Below, one piece after another: positions 34,053-48,500 of a DNA stretch of 64,000 bases. Numbering within the stretch: position 1 is the stretch's first letter; the number at the start of each line of letters is the position of its first letter. Below the pieces are notes generated by a model. It was not told the origin of the DNA, did no database searches, and saw only the letters and a list, made by a program, of their open reading frames with translations. A program made the position numbers and the translations under genes. Source of the stretch: Leucoraja erinacea (lineage: Eukaryota); contig NC_073388.1 of assembly GCF_028641065.1 (NCBI RefSeq), positions 26,288,001 to 26,352,000 on the forward strand. Direction: 5' to 3'.

Positions 34053-34736
34053 ATAGGTGGTATTGTAGACAGTAACAAAAGTTACCAACAATTACAGCAG
34101 AATCAAGTTTAGAGATACAGCATGGAAACAGGATCTTCAGCCCAGTGAGTCCACGTCGACCATTGATCTTCTGTTCACACTAGTTCTGTTATCACATCCA
34201 TTACCTCCACATTAAGGGCAATTTATAGATTCTACAAACTCTCACATCTTTGGAATATGTGAGAAAACCAGAGCACCCAGAGGAAACCCATGCAGTGACA
34301 GGGAGAACGTACTTGTAAACTCCATGTAGATAGCATCTGAGGGCAGGATCAAATCCAAATCTCTGACTGTGAGGCAGCAGCTCTACCAGGGTGGATGAAC
34401 CTTTTTCCCCAGGCAAAGATAATCAAAAACGAGAGGGAATTAAGTTTAATGTAAGAGGCGATGTGTGTATGGAACAAGTTTCCAGAGAAAGCAGTTAAGG
34501 CAATAACAATAACATTATTTAAAAAGGCATTCGGTCAGTGGAGTTTGTAGAATCTGTAAATTGCCCCTATTGTGAAGGTAATGGATGTAAAAGTGTGATA
34601 ACAGAACTAGTGTGAACACAAGATCCACATTCGACATGGACTCATTGGGCTGGAGATCCTGTTTCCATGCTGTGTCTCTAAACAGATTCTGCTGTAATTG
34701 TTGATAACCTTCTTTACTGTTTACAATACCACCTAT
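34053..34736. repeat. inverted duplication, arms about 190 bp (34053-34241 and 34541-34736)
   Basis: ATAGGTGGTATTGTAGACAGTAA...TTCTACAAACTC versus GAGTTTGTAGAA...TTACTGTTTACAATACCACCTAT. The arms include non-SINE flank. Confidence 0.85.
34105..34390 (-). mobile_element. HE1/V-SINE-like SINE
   Basis: Runs from the tail (TTTAGAGATACAGCATGGAAACAGG) to the head (CTGTGAGGCAGCAGCTCTACC) in reverse orientation. Confidence 0.75.
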
Positions 34737-36992
34737 AGCAATGTATTTTGGTTAGTAGTAAATATTGACAACAGTTCTTTGGTATAAAAGAGCAAAACTC
34801 TTTATTTTTTGGATATTTTCTTTAACCAGCTAAATACTACAAATCTAATTATCCTACAGGTGAGCAAGGGTTTTATGACTAGCGACTGATCATGTGCAAT
34901 GGAGGTTCCAGCTCCTGACAAATTGGTGATGTATTTTAATCTTAAATCGAAGTAAAGAGACTCAGAACAGCAACTGTATTAGGCGCCGAAATATGTTTAC
35001 TATTCTAACATTTCAAGCATACGTATTACAGAATGCAGAGCACACAAAATTTACAATTTGTTCAATGGATAAGCATTAATAACAAGACAATATTGCACAT
35101 TTTCACAATTGTAATAGAAATAATGTATAATCTACCTACAAAATGGCTTCAGTGGCTATCCCTTTGCTTTTAGCATTTATAATGAAGACATCATCACAAA
35201 AGGATGACATTGTTGGTCATAATTGACTGTTTGCAGAATTATATATATATATATATGCATTTTTATTAGTATTTTACCAAAACAACTGAATCACAGGTCT
35301 ACATGATGCTACATAGGAAATAATTAAAACCTATTTATGATTGTGCTAGTTTCTCAAAGGCATTGTTTAACATTCAAGTGTGGCATTCAAAGCATAAAGG
35401 CTGTCTGAGATTCCCCAGCATACTTGAACATCTGCATAATCTTACAATCTTTATAATCACATTTGTACCATGAATACTTGAGTCTCCAGAGATCTCTGCT
35501 TCTGACAACAATAACATGGGACTTTTAATAAAATCATTCTGCAATTCCTGGTGACTTGTTAACAAAATTGTCAATTTTTCTCCCCTTACCTTCACATTTT
35601 AAAAATAAATCTTAAGCATGATTTATGATTTTGAAGAATGCATAATATAATTTGACATTTTCCAGCTGAGGTATAGCCTAGTTACAACTACATGCTTCAT
35701 TACATACAACTCCCTATGAGCGGATGAACAGACAGAAATAGCAAAGCTATTTAAATATATAAAAAAAGATGAATTCATGCCAGATGTCTATTTTTCCTCT
35801 CAACTGACTAGTACTTTCACTGACCAGATGCCAGTTTACGAAGTTGATACAGTTTCCAGTGTATACAATTAATATTTAATTTTAAAAATCTAAGTGTACA
35901 ATGTTTTTTTTTTAGGTTTTCTATATAGCTCTAAACCAGTAAAAATTTATGCCATTATATTTCTAATGTTACAATTAAAATATATTACTAGAATGTTCTA
36001 GATAAAGCAGATAAGGATTTGATGGGCTAAATTGCTTCCTCCTGTGCTGCAACAATTCTACCATTCAATCTACTGATAAAACATTTCATGCATAGCTAAA
36101 TATACACGGAGAATTAAAAAAAGTGCGCATATGTAAGTTTAAATATTTCGAAGATCATGTTGATTAATGAATGATAAAGTTTGAGAAACTTTATGAGAAG
36201 TTGAGAAGATTTATGAAGTAGTTAATCATTCATCACTGTTTTCATTAATATTTTAAGTTTATTTAATTATTTCATTAGATTGGGGCTATTTAATGCTTGC
36301 TATATACAGGCTGTCAGCACTCACCATCATCATAAGGTGAAGCTGGCATTAAGTTTTGCAATACAGGTCTGTACAGTTAAATGTGGAAATCTAAATGTGG
36401 AAAACCAAAAGGTGCGAGGAGTGGGTTTTTGCATCCTCCGCCAACATAATCAAATTAACTGACAAGAAATTCAGATTATTTTAACTTATATTGCTGATAA
36501 CCTGCAATATTAAACTTATTATTTGTGAAGTTAATGGCATACCAAATCATAATTATCGCTTTAAAATCTCTATAATTAAAAAATAAAATAATTTTGTGCA
36601 TTAATTTCATTGGATAAATATTTTAGAATATACAGGATGTTAAAATAGAAAAAATGTGTGTGTGTGTGTGTGATACTTCAGCTTCTATTCCACCCTTGCA
36701 TGTTTCACTCTGGTAAGAATTTAAAATATTGCATTAAAGTCATGATTCTTACTTCCTGGTTTCCTATCTGAGAGAGACTTTAATTGAGGAAGATTTCTTC
36801 AGGCAATACGTAGAGGGCCACACAAACGAGGGGGCAAAACTTGATCTACTCTGACAGAAGTGCCAGTGGGCAAGCCTTGTGGGACCAGCGACCACGGGTC
36901 TGTTACCTTTCAAATACTTATGGCTAGGGAGGGGCTGGTTCATGTAGCCAGATGAAGTAGTTGAGATGGGAACAATAACAATTGCTACGACC

Positions 36993-37730
36993 AAAGGTGT
37001 CAAGTTGGGAAAAGGGGAAGTACAACGGGATCTGGGGGTCCTTGTACATCAGTCTTTGAAAGTAAGCATGCAGCTACTGCAGGTAGTGAAGAAAGCAAAT
37101 GGTATGTTGGCCTTTATAACAAGAGGAATCGGATATCGGAGCAAAGAGGTCCTTCTGCAGTTGTACAGAGCCCTAGTGAGACCACACCTGGAGTATTGTG
37201 TGCAGTTTTGGTCCCCTAATTTGAGGAAGGACATTCTTGTTATTGAGGGACTGCAGCGTAGGTTTACAAGGTTAATTCCCGGGATGGCGGGACTGTCATA
37301 TGCTGAGAGAATGGAGCAGCTGTGCTGATACACTCTGAAGTTTAAAAGGATGAGAGGGGATCTCATTGAAACATATAAGATTGTTAAGGGTTTGGACACG
37401 CTAGAGGCAGGAAACATGTTCCCAATGTTGGGGGAGTCCAGAACCAGGGTCCACAGTTTAAAAATAAGGAGTAAGCCATTTAGGACGGAGACGAGGAACC
37501 ACTTTTTCTCACAGAGTGGTGAGTCTGTGGAATTCTCTGCCTCTGGGCGGTGGAGGCAGGTTCCCTTGATGCTTTCAAGAGAGAGCTAGATAGGGCTCTT
37601 AAAAATATGGGGATATGGGGAGAAGGCAGGAAAGGGGTACTGATTGGAGATAATCAGCCATGATCACATTGAATGGCGGTGCTGGCTCGTAGGGTCAAAT
37701 GGCATACTCCTGCACCTATTGTCTCTTGTC
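36993..37730 (+). mobile_element. CR1 3' fragment
   Basis: ORFs 36966-37328 and 37350-37589 contain LYRALVRPHLEYCVQFWSP and RGDLIETYK. Very similar to 6512-7585. Confidence 0.92.
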
Positions 37731-38420
37731 ATAGCCTCAAAATTAAAGGGTGCTCTTTTAGAAGGGCGAGGAGGACTTCTAAGTCAGAGGGTAGTTAATC
37801 TGTAGAACTCATTGCCACTGAGGGCTGTGGAGGCCAAGGCAGTAGATATTTTTAAGGCAGAGATAGACAAATTCTTGATTATAATGGGTGTCAAAGGTTA
37901 TGGGGAGAAGGAAGGAAAATTGGATTAGGAGGCAGAGATTAGCCACGATTGAATGGCAGAGTAGACTATGGGCTGAATGGCCTAATTCTACTCCTATAAC
38001 TTGTGGATAACATTGGAAAGACATTTGGACAGAAACGTGGATGAAAGATTTAGATGGATATGGAATAAATGTAAGCAAATGGCATTATCTTAGATAGGGC
38101 ATCATTGTCGGCATGGATGAATTGTACCAAAGGGCCTGTCTCCCTGCTATATGGTTCTCCGAGACTGACTACTCAACCTACTTCATAAAGGGACTTTTGC
38201 CGATTACATGGGATCTCCCTAAATTAATTCTTGAAAGAAACAAGCATTGGAAAAGGGAGCATGGAGTTTAGAAGGATAAGAGGGGGAGGACCGCACTGAA
38301 AGGCCTGGATAGTCGATGTGGAGATGATGTTTCCACTAGTGGGAGAGTCTGAGACCAGAGACCATTACCTCAGAATAAAAGGACAGACATTTAGAAAGAA
38401 GAAGAGGAATTTCTTTAATG
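37730..38420 (+). mobile_element. stack of short CR1 3' fragments
   Basis: Successive CR1-like ends (GGCCTAATTCTACTCCTAT near 37990; GGGCCTGTCTCCCTGCT near 38140) and a GAGTCTGAGACCAGAG fragment. Confidence 0.65.
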
Positions 38421-38755
38421 TTTAGGAAGGACCTGCAGATGCTGGAAAATCGAAGGTAAACAAAAATGCTGGAGAAACTCAGCACGTATGGAGCGAAGGA
38501 AATAGGCAACGTTTCGGCTCGTGACCCTTCTTCAGACTGATGTGAGGGTGGGGGGGCGGGAAGAAGAAAGGGAGAGGTGGGAACAGTGGGCTGAGGGAGA
38601 GCTGAGAAGGGGAGGAGAAAGCAGGGACTACCTGAAATCAGTGAAGTCAATATTCATACCGCTGGGGTATAAACTATCCAAGCAAAATATGAGGTGCTGC
38701 TCCTCCAATTTACGGTGGTCCTCACTCTGGCCATGGAGGAGGCCCAGGACAGACT
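38420..38755 (-). mobile_element. Penelope-like element 3' end (GIY-YIG endonuclease C-terminus + terminal repeat)
   Basis: Minus ORF ends SVLGLLHGQSEDHRKLEEQHLIFCLDSLYPSGMNIDFTDFR*, the R..E..I..L.(T/S)..P.G.N motif of Penelope endonucleases. It is followed by a pyrimidine tract and the CTGAAGA..GAAAC repeat. Confidence 0.8.
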
Positions 38756-39454
38756 TGTGATCCAGCAAAGTTTCTGAAATTGTTGCCGAATGCAACTTTG
38801 AAAGTATGCCCGATTCTGCAAGGTGAACTTTACCACATAAGGCTTGGTTGGTAAGAATAATGAATGCCCTTAATGCCAAGTTCCACCACAATTCACATAC
38901 AATGCTGACTTGTAATTTTATGACAGTTGTTTCATTGCTACTGAGTGTGCAATAGATCCTGTGATACAGTGCGTCACTCTGAGCTCACTGTCATCAGAAT
39001 ATTGCAGCTCACTATGGGCATCTCAAAGAAAGTTAGAAATGGACAATAAATACTGGCTGTATCTTGTCAACTTGTAACCTTTTATTGGATATGAACAATA
39101 TTTCACTTATATTCCACATTTCTTTGTAATGTGTTTGGGTCGATTGCATGTTGATGGACTTGCTATCAATTCTACATTCTGTTTTTATGACAGGGTCTTG
39201 ACACTGTCAGTTGGTCCTTGTTTACCCATGGCAAATATTAGCACAGCCCTAACTTTTATCTTTACATTCAATTATTCTTTTTCCTTCCGACAGTGCATAA
39301 TGCTTTATAAATAGTACACCAAGCCGCTGTTGAACTATCAAATATTTGAGGTGTTACTGGTTCCAAGATTTTCACATTAAATTCCATTGTGATGGGAAAA
39401 ATCTAAAACTGCCAAAAGCCTTTTAACATGGAAATGGAGCACACTAAAGGATCC

Positions 39455-39620
39455 TTTCAAGAGAGAGCTGGATCGGGCTCTTAAAGATAGCGAAGTCAGG
39501 GGATATGGGGATAAGGCAGGAACGAGGTACTGATTGGGGATGATCAGCCATGATCATATTGAATGGCGGTGCTGGCTCGAAGGGCCGAATGGCCTACTCT
39601 TGCACCTATTGTCTATTGTC
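39455..39620 (+). mobile_element. short CR1 3' end
   Basis: TTTCAAGAGAGAGCTGG...GGCCTACTCTTGCACCTATTGTCTATTGTC. Confidence 0.85.
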
Positions 39621-42600
39621 CTTCTGCCTTTAATGACCAATAAAATTGCAATATTCGAGTTTCAAATTTGAAGCGTGGTTAAAACTGAGTAGACAACAGC
39701 TTAGTTTGAATGTTATGATGCATTCAACTAAGCATCATAACCTCATTCACATTGCACAGTCCCTCTCATTCATTCATTTTGGATGTAAGGGTTAAACTGT
39801 TGTTCCATTGAGAATCTTGTAATCAGCAGTTGATGTGGTAGATGCTAAAACGGATAGTTTTCTGGTGAGCAATTCATTTGAAGTCTCCATTTTTAAACAT
39901 AATCAAATTTTTGAATGAAAATAAAAAATATTTTTCTTTAGCATTGCCTTCAATTCAGACTGAACCATTTGTAATAAGTGACAACTTTTTACAACCATTT
40001 AATTAAACTGACCTAATTTTCAACAATTTTTATGATTGCTCGGTGGATTTGCACAATTTCTAAAATTCAATATATGCCAAGGTGATTCATTGCTCGACAT
40101 TGGGCTCTTTTATAAGGAAAATACACAAGAGTGGTCTATTGTGACTTTTCAGTCTATATATGTTTACATTTTTTGTTGTACTGCTGCAAGTAAGACTTTA
40201 ATTGCTCTATCTGGGACATATGACAATAAAACACTCATGACTGTCTTGTCCCTTTCCTTTGAGAAAACACCTAGCTTCTGCTTGTATTTTCCTGACATTG
40301 AGAATTTTCACATGGAAACCGCAAATGATATGGAGCCCTTCAGTTATTCACCCCCTTTGCTCTGCCACATCCTTCAGAACAGCTTACCTTGCATTTTGTG
40401 TAAGTTGGCAACAATGATTCAATGTATAGTGTAAATATGATAAAATATATCATGGAATGTATGATCATGCAGGCAAATCATTCAAACTCCCATAATGGAA
40501 AATTGTCATATGAAGGTTAGAGTGAGGGTTTGTGCAAAGGGAGGTGGGGTAAAGCAAACAGTTCCAAATCACTGCACATCCAATGAAAGCTAAATGAAAA
40601 GTGAGAACAAACTTATCTATAAAAGAAAATGGGTCACAACAGTCAAAGTCAGAACTGACCCAACCCTGCCAGGGTATGGTATATAAAATCTGTAAGAATT
40701 TTAGGGGACACATTTATAATATCCTGCACACGGTCTTTACATGATTTAGATTTTTAAGAAACGTTACATTTTAAATCAAAGCTGAAATTACACGGTCTTC
40801 ATTTTAAACCAGTACCAGTGGAGTGGCGAGTCCTGCTGAAAATTCCGAACAAGGCATGAGTAACTTAGGTGAAAGAATTAGAGTTAAGATCCCATATCAA
40901 TATCCACAGATAATGCCTGATTGCGTGAAAATGTTCACATTCCCATTACAGGTTTTCGGCATCCAGAGTTTTTGTTTGCTTTTACTTTAGTAATTGATTG
41001 GTTTAAAGATATCAAGTGTTGTACAGGTGTTCACTCATACACAGTGACATTGTCCACATCACATGGAAGCAGCTTTATCTAGAGACAGTTATATATTTAA
41101 ATTTGCCAAAAAAAAGCTGCTTCCAAGAAATATCTGAAAATTATTCAAAGTGATAAGAAAAACAAGGTCCACTCTAACACATCCCATTGTAACCTGACAA
41201 AACAGAATTGACCTTCACAGTATTTCTGGGAGTTATCTATTCATGGCATTGTTATTGACACAGGCATGAAATATTCAAGAGACTGCTGGTATACAAAGCT
41301 GACCTGTAAAACTTATTTGGAAACTTCTTACGATGTGTCAAGAGTTATCACCATAATTTATTAACCTCATTAAGCAAAAAGTTAAAGGTATCAATCCCTG
41401 AGGATGAGCTGAGAAAATGGAGGTCATTTGTGCCATTCTAATAGTTGACGCCACAAAAACAATGAGGAGAGCCTGAGTAATAAGCCTTATGTGTACTTTA
41501 CAGAAATCATTTAGAATATATCTCTATATTTCTTTTAAAAGTATCTACACCTGTTAAATATGCTTTTTTTCCCGTAAAGATGTATATGAATCCAGCATTA
41601 AAAATCTAATCCTTTACTACAAACTACCCTTGGTATGATTTTAAATTCTTCTAATGCAACGACAGCCATTTTTCGCATGGAGGGTGGATATTTGGTTACA
41701 CTTCGTCTTGAAACAAATGCAAGAAAATGGATAGTCAAGTGATGCATGGGTGACAAAGTAACCCAGTGTCTGTTTTGCACGTTGATTAGACCTCGCTCAC
41801 AATCCTCAGACCAAACTGAGCACACACATTCATATAAAATCCATTCTCATTGTCTATTAATCAAATGCAAACATACTTTATAAAGGCAACCCTCGCCACC
41901 TGGAATTGAGAACATAAAACATCATCACATATGCTAATTTCAGATGCCATTCCTTAAAAGAAAACCAAAAAAACGGACACAACATAAATTATAGGCATGT
42001 TACATGGAATCCTAAGGAATAAAGAATGTCACCAATTGCAAATTCTCTCATGTTAAGGAGAATTTCGAACTCTATGACCCTGGAGCCAGTTTACAGATGA
42101 GCTTTATAACTTTGTGACATGCTTTTTGGAGGAAAGTCGGACAGGAAGGTCTGGCTGTCAGCTGCTCTGTTGCCACTCGAAGCTCATAAAACAATGTCCT
42201 GTTAATAAAGAGAAGGCCAGTTAGTTACTTCAAAGCATAATACACATATCTGCCATGCAAGACAATGTAGGCAGTGCAAAGCTATAAATTAAAAGCCTAT
42301 TCATTTTATATTGAGTGGATGCCCTGTCTACTTACATGTCTGTTCATCTGGCTAATGTAGAACGGCTACTCACTTCAGTGGAATTGATCAAATTAATGTG
42401 GGGAAATTAAAATATTTAATAAATCACCATGCTGCATTATAGACTCGTTGAAGAATTTATGATTCCAATTAAACTATTGATAATCAGGTGTTTTCCTTGT
42501 GTTCAAATGGTGAAACAGATTTCCATTTATGATAATAACCTGTGCTATAAAGTTATTTATCATGAAGCAGTCATAATGTCATACTTTCCACACATTTGGC

Positions 42601-44024
42601 CAGAGTCAAACAATCATAAAACATTTGACTCATACCCAAGATATTCCTACTGCTATATCCTGAATCTTTAGCTTCAACATTTGTGTTAGTCTAAAATAGG
42701 TTTACAAAAAAGGTAAGATGATTGTACAATTGCTCATGGGGGCATGGATCTTCAGTTGATGAAATCGACCGAGAATTTGTACCTCCATTTGATGTTTATA
42801 AAAAAAATATTATATATGGATTTAAAGACTTTACCCAATTTACATGCATAGCAGGATCTGCACATACTTAGTACGCACCCATCAAAACATGAAAAATTGA
42901 TTTCTTGTACAGCTCCAGAATTTCCCAGAGCAAGTTATCTCAGGGCACGCCAGGTTATCAGATTTTCACTGCACTCTTTGGGTCAAAAAACAGTTTTTAA
43001 CCCATATGTTGCTGGATATGTGAGCTGATAACAGGGCTGCAAGAGAACTGGATCATTGGTGAATACTGGGAACGACAGTGAATGATGGGAACTGACCAGA
43101 TGCAAAGATCAAGGAAGGTCCAAATGACTGAAGTAGTATAAATTAGAGCAAATGAATTCAATGTGAACCCAGTACAGAAAGAGAGGCAGCGAAGGATTAG
43201 GGTTTGAGAGAGACAATGTTAGAACCAAAGAGAAAAAGTGAGAAAAAAATGGACATCTTTAAAATATAAATCCAAACACAACCTGAACAAATAACATACA
43301 ATGCACTTTTTATTGTTCACTTTCTGAGATCACAGCATCAAGATGATTGTTAAGCTATTAATTATTGGCTTTACTTTCTGTGGTGAGTGCAATGAGTAGT
43401 TATAGTGTAACTCTATCAGACATACAGAATGTTGCAAGGTAATCTTTTGCCCACACTCAGTTGTAATTTTCTATCTCAATAAATATCACAAAAATGCCAT
43501 TGTTTTAGCCACATTATGACAAAATATAGAATGTAGGTTATTTGTAATCAGTCACCCCATCCCAGAAACCACAGTACTTAAAGAAGAACGTTTGTTTTAC
43601 TAATTTACAAGCATGTACCATACATAGTCCGTTGATCCATATCCAGCATAATCTTGTGATAATTGCATAAAAAGTATTATTGTCTAAGAAATTTGGTGTG
43701 GAATGATAATCCATCTCAGTACTCATTTAGGCAAGCCCCAAGCTATAGATACTTTTTCCCCACCCCCAATCCCCCTCGCCAGTTCTTAATTGAACCTACC
43801 ATTTGACCAATCTTTTTTCAGCTGCTGTAACGTTTCCTTCCTATCAAATACTGTTTTATAACTCTCCCACCTGTACACGTGGAAAGCTGCATGTCTGATA
43901 GATATTGTGAAATGGAACTCAGAAATTATGGGAGGATTACATAAAACTACAATTCAAAGGTAATGAATATACTGAGTATTCTTATTTCCATCATGAACAT
44001 ACAATAGTGATATAGGACATCAGG

Positions 44025-44292
44025 TCCTACTACGGTAAACTCACGAGCTACTACAGTATGACTACGAGATAAAAAGTATCAAATTTTTACATCCCAAGTA
44101 TATTTTACTCGTGGGCATTTTTCAACAGGTTGGAAAATCTTCACGAGTTACCACGTTTCCCGATTACCTGCCATTAGTGCTAAGAGACGTCCCGAGCTCC
44201 GATGTACCCACTGCGATCATTCTACCACGAGTTTTGATTTTTTTTTAAACTCGGGAGAGCTCTTGGGTGAACTTGCACAGTGGGACAGGGCT
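44025..44292. mobile_element. Harbinger-type MITE remnant (one end)
   Basis: Ends CAGTGGGACAGGGCT followed by TTTA, related to the TIR at 17313-17327. CpG-rich ACGAG repeats internally. Confidence 0.55.
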
Positions 44293-44296
44293 TTTA

Positions 44297-44460
44297 CCTG
44301 GACAGACTGAGGAATGTGAGGAGTCACTGTGGTGAGATGTTTATGTTAAAATTTATTTTGTGTGTTTTGTTGCTTTTTATTGGTATGACTGTGTGGCAAA
44401 TCAAATTCCTCGTATGTTGCAAAACACACTTGGCTAATAAAGTATGACTATGATTATGAT
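44297..44460 (+). mobile_element. non-LTR retroposon 3' end with (TATGAT)n tail
   Basis: CAAATTCCTCGTATGTTGCAAAACACACTTGGCTAATAAAGTATGACTATGATTATGAT. Confidence 0.6.
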
Positions 44461-44769
44461 CAGTGAGATGCAAATTGTGATGTCAGCTTTTACAGCCTCA
44501 AATATGTGACAAAGAAATAAATGCCAATGTCCCCTTTACTTCATGATTAGGATAGCCTCAGGCCTAGTCTGCAGGTGCATCTGTATGATGGGGCACAATT
44601 CACTGACCAGTTCCTAACTGCTTCCTGACACAACTTTGCAGTTACATGGTTATCTGAGAGCTACTCTTGCAATATGCTCCTCGATTGGAAATTGGTTGTC
44701 CTCCTTGCCCTTTCTCTTCAAGCGGGTTGCTCTGCTCAGAGAGCCCTCTCTAAATTCTCTGAACGGATG

Positions 44770-45552
44770 AACCAAGGCTCTTTGTGGAGCAGGTGATGTC
44801 TTACAAACTTGATCGAGTTTTTTGAGGAGGTGACAAAGGTGATTGATGAGGGTAGTGCAATGAATGCTGCTCACATGAACTTCAGTAAGGCATTTGACAA
44901 GCTCTCCCATCCAGAAGATTAAGATGAATGGGATCCACAGTGACTTGGTAGTTTTGATTCAGAACTGGCTTAGCCATAGAAATCAGAGGGTGTTAGTGGC
45001 TGGGTGTCATTCTGGCTAGAGGCTTGTGATCAGTGATGTTCCACAGGGATCTGTGCTGTGACCTCTGCATTTGTGATACACACACGTGCACACACACAAA
45101 TCAATTACAAATATGTGCTTTAGAAATGGCAATATGGTCTGAGGCATATCCATGCAATTGTGAGGTGCAGTACTTTGGGAGGTCAAAAGTAAGGGGTATG
45201 TACACATGGCACCTTGATCGACGTGGATGAGTCGGGCCAAAGGGCCTATTTCAGTACTAGGATTCTATGACTAGAAGGCCCAGCTTTAAGGTGAGAATGG
45301 GAAAGTCTATTTTTTACACAGAAAGCGTAAATAAGTGTAAATAAGGTGCCTGGCGTGCATTGCCAGGGTTGTGGTGGAAGCAGATATGATAGCGGCGTAT
45401 AAGAAGCTTTTAGATGGGCACACAAACATGCAAGAAAGGTGGAGATATAGATCATGTGCAGGCAAAAGACACCAGTTTAATTTGACATCATGTTCGACAC
45501 AAACATCGGGGCCGAAGGTCCTGTTCCTGTGCCCTACTATTCTATATTCTAT
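44770..45552 (+). mobile_element. decayed, internally deleted CR1
   Basis: RT motifs (TNLIEFFEEVTK.IDEG..MNFSKAFDK, VPQGSVL), then a 3' end GGGCCGAAGG.CCTGTTCCTGTGC with a (TATTC)n tail. Confidence 0.75.
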
Positions 45553-48500
45553 CACGCTTACTGATAGACAAGTGGTTTGCAATTGTGTTGTCAGTATTAT
45601 AGCTCAAATCCTGCGGTAAAGATCTGTGCCCATGACTGTTGGCAAAATAGTATGTAAAGGCATCAGAAATAAATGAGCCGCTCCCTATCTAAGATTTCAA
45701 TCCTTATCAGGCTCTAGAATGGCAATTCAACCTCTTTGATATAAATAACGGATGATCCCTTTACACAGTGCACAAGGGTGTGGTCTTTTCCTGCTATTAA
45801 CAGTGCAACAAGTTCATTGACATAGCCCAATTTGGCAGTGCTTGCGTGAATTCAGTGTTGCCTGTGGCTTAACGCCATCAACTGGCCACTCCAGATACCT
45901 CTCATTATACAGTACATCCATTGCAGCATTACCTAAATTGCTGGCAGCTATGATGGGTTGAGATTATGTGCAACCAGGGTTGGTGCCTCAAACAGAAGCC
46001 AGTACACCACCAGACTACCAAAACCAGTAGTAAGCAGCTCACTATTCCATACACCCTCCGCTTTCATAAACAAAAGCAGAACTGCGGAGAGGTCACGGGA
46101 GGGTCAAAGTAATAAGGGGAGTAGAGTGTTCCATCGAAATATTTGAAAATTACTTTAAAATTCTTCATCTTACATTAACATGGAAGCACAAATCATGTAG
46201 ATGTTGATGCTAAATTAACCTTTGACTCATCAGACCAGTCAGCAATTCATGTTTAGAAAAGGTTTCATGTGTTAAAAAAAGCAGAAAAGTTGTAACCAAT
46301 ACAGACACTGGCAGCTGATGTTCAATACATGCATTTCTGTAAATGGATTTATTTTATTACCACCACCCTCACTTGCTGCTTTATTAATACTCAGAATTTT
46401 CAGTGACAGCAAACACATTAACCTTGCTTGGATTTGGAATGCAATCAAAGGATTCATTGCTCCATGACAGCTTCAATCAATACAGCAGCAGATACAAGCA
46501 CAGCAGCTTGATGAAGGTGCATTTATGCTTATAATTTTTAAACTCCCTGGGCTATGCACATAAACAAAGTGATTGAGTTTTCAAGATCAGTATTAGAATA
46601 ATGTTAGAAAGTAAAAGTAAGGCAAAAGTCAATGAATGCATCTCACTGGTAAAATACTTGAGTGATATCAATCACTTTCATTCAGCTGAAATTAAATATG
46701 TTCCATTCTGCAGATTTTCCTAGAATAGTTTCCACTCATTGCATTTTCCACTGTGTATTCTTTCAGGTATTGAAATGGGATAAACTAAATCAAAATTAGA
46801 CAAGATGAAAAAAAGGCCACTGAAAAGTTGTATCTCCACAATGGTGACGTTATTTTTCCATAAATTAATAAAAGTATTTGCAGTGTTAATAAAAAAATTG
46901 CATTGTTACTGAAAGCTTTTAGTGAAGAACAATGCAAAGCTGAGTCCTGTTAGGCTTGGAAATCTGTCAGTCCTCTAGGAACAGCAGGGGCTTTATCCCA
47001 CTGGTGAAAACAAGCTTAAATCATTTGATTTTTTGGAACCTAAATATATTCTGGCATAGAGTATTACAATAATTACTTTCATTAGTCTGGTTCAGTACAA
47101 AGGGTTTGATCTGGAATGTATAGTTATAACTGAACATTTAATAACAGAAAACTTTTGAAGATTGATAATGCCAGTGTTCCATTTAATACATTCTCCTGTT
47201 TTGGCCTTCAGTGCTAAAAACAATGTTATCCAGTTGCACTGGCCAAATTGTGAAGAAAGGCTGTTCAGAAGTTCTGCTGGCAGATGACCTCATGGGGCTT
47301 CAGGCATTCTTTGCATATCATCAGCTATCAAACGCACTGATGGGCAACGGTCAGATGCTGTGAAGCTTAAACCAAAGACTTGTCTTAATCCCTGTTCTGT
47401 GACATGATTAATGAGATGGAATTCCCATTCTGGGCTTCCTACCAATCAATAGGCAGATGGGCAGCGGTAGATGCAGACATTCAAAGTAACGAGAGAGTAG
47501 AGGCTGCTGAAGCCCTTGATAATTTCAGCTCGGGCAATTGGGTTAGAAATAATTTTTTTGACATTTAATGAAAATTTGATTGCACCCTAGACTATTGTAT
47601 AATTCTGACTGGCTGACAAGGTGCATCAGTACACATTACACACAACATTGACTTTGGTTCCATTTGTAGAAGCTCAATCCCATTAGTCGTGACAGTTGAG
47701 CTCCTACATCTTTGCAGTTTATATACATTTTTTTCTTAACTCTGGCTAAAAGGACGTGCTACTTTTTTCAATAACGCCTAGCAGTGGTTTTGTGCTTTGT
47801 GGCCTGAAATTTGATGGGTTTTCGGGCAATTCTACATTTCTTAGTAGTGGGCCCAAAGGTTTTGATACCTGCACAAATACAGAAATCCTGAACTTACTAG
47901 CCTGACTCTGCTGCAGTTTCTTGGCTAAGTTGTGCCACTGGATTCCCCATGGAGCCCAGCAGTGTAGCAGGAACTGGCTGAGATCTCCCAGCATAAGCTC
48001 TCAGATCCTGTGCCAAGTCAGATCAGGAGCAGGATTCACAAGCACTTCATTTGAATGGCGATTTTAGGGCTGCAGGGAAGGAAAAGGGAATAATCTGTAT
48101 TTTTTTTAAAGAAAGAGATTTAACATTTTATTTAAAACTGCTTGAAGTTCTAATAGATTTGATTTTTTCCCCAAAAATCTCCCTTTATGAAACTTCAAAC
48201 ATTTTATTGTTAGATATTATTGTTAATCTTAATGTTACAATTGCATGGGGCACTGTTACAACTTGCAAGCGGCACTGGTTCAAAAGTGAGGGATTTTGGC
48301 TTAATTTAAAAATGCATACTTTCTTTGTGCTGGCAGATGCCATCCACCGTCCCCAAATGATAGGAAAATACATTTCCATCATCTGCATAAATCAATACAA
48401 TGCAAACAGAATATTTTTTAAATCAAAATGGTGTAAAGCCAGAAAATGCTCTGCCTGAAATAATGGTGGATGTGGAATCCATTACATTTTGTAAAAGGAA

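Noticed and set aside
41598-41825. ORF containing FLAFVSR, reminiscent of the TMEM33 C-terminus
   Set aside because: No upstream LFxELR or CP motifs and no stop at the expected position; likely chance.
47290-47400. Candidate last exon of the TMEM33-like gene (..RCPSVRL..AP*)
   Set aside because: Similarity is weak, and the nearby AG acceptors do not give this frame in the required phase 2.
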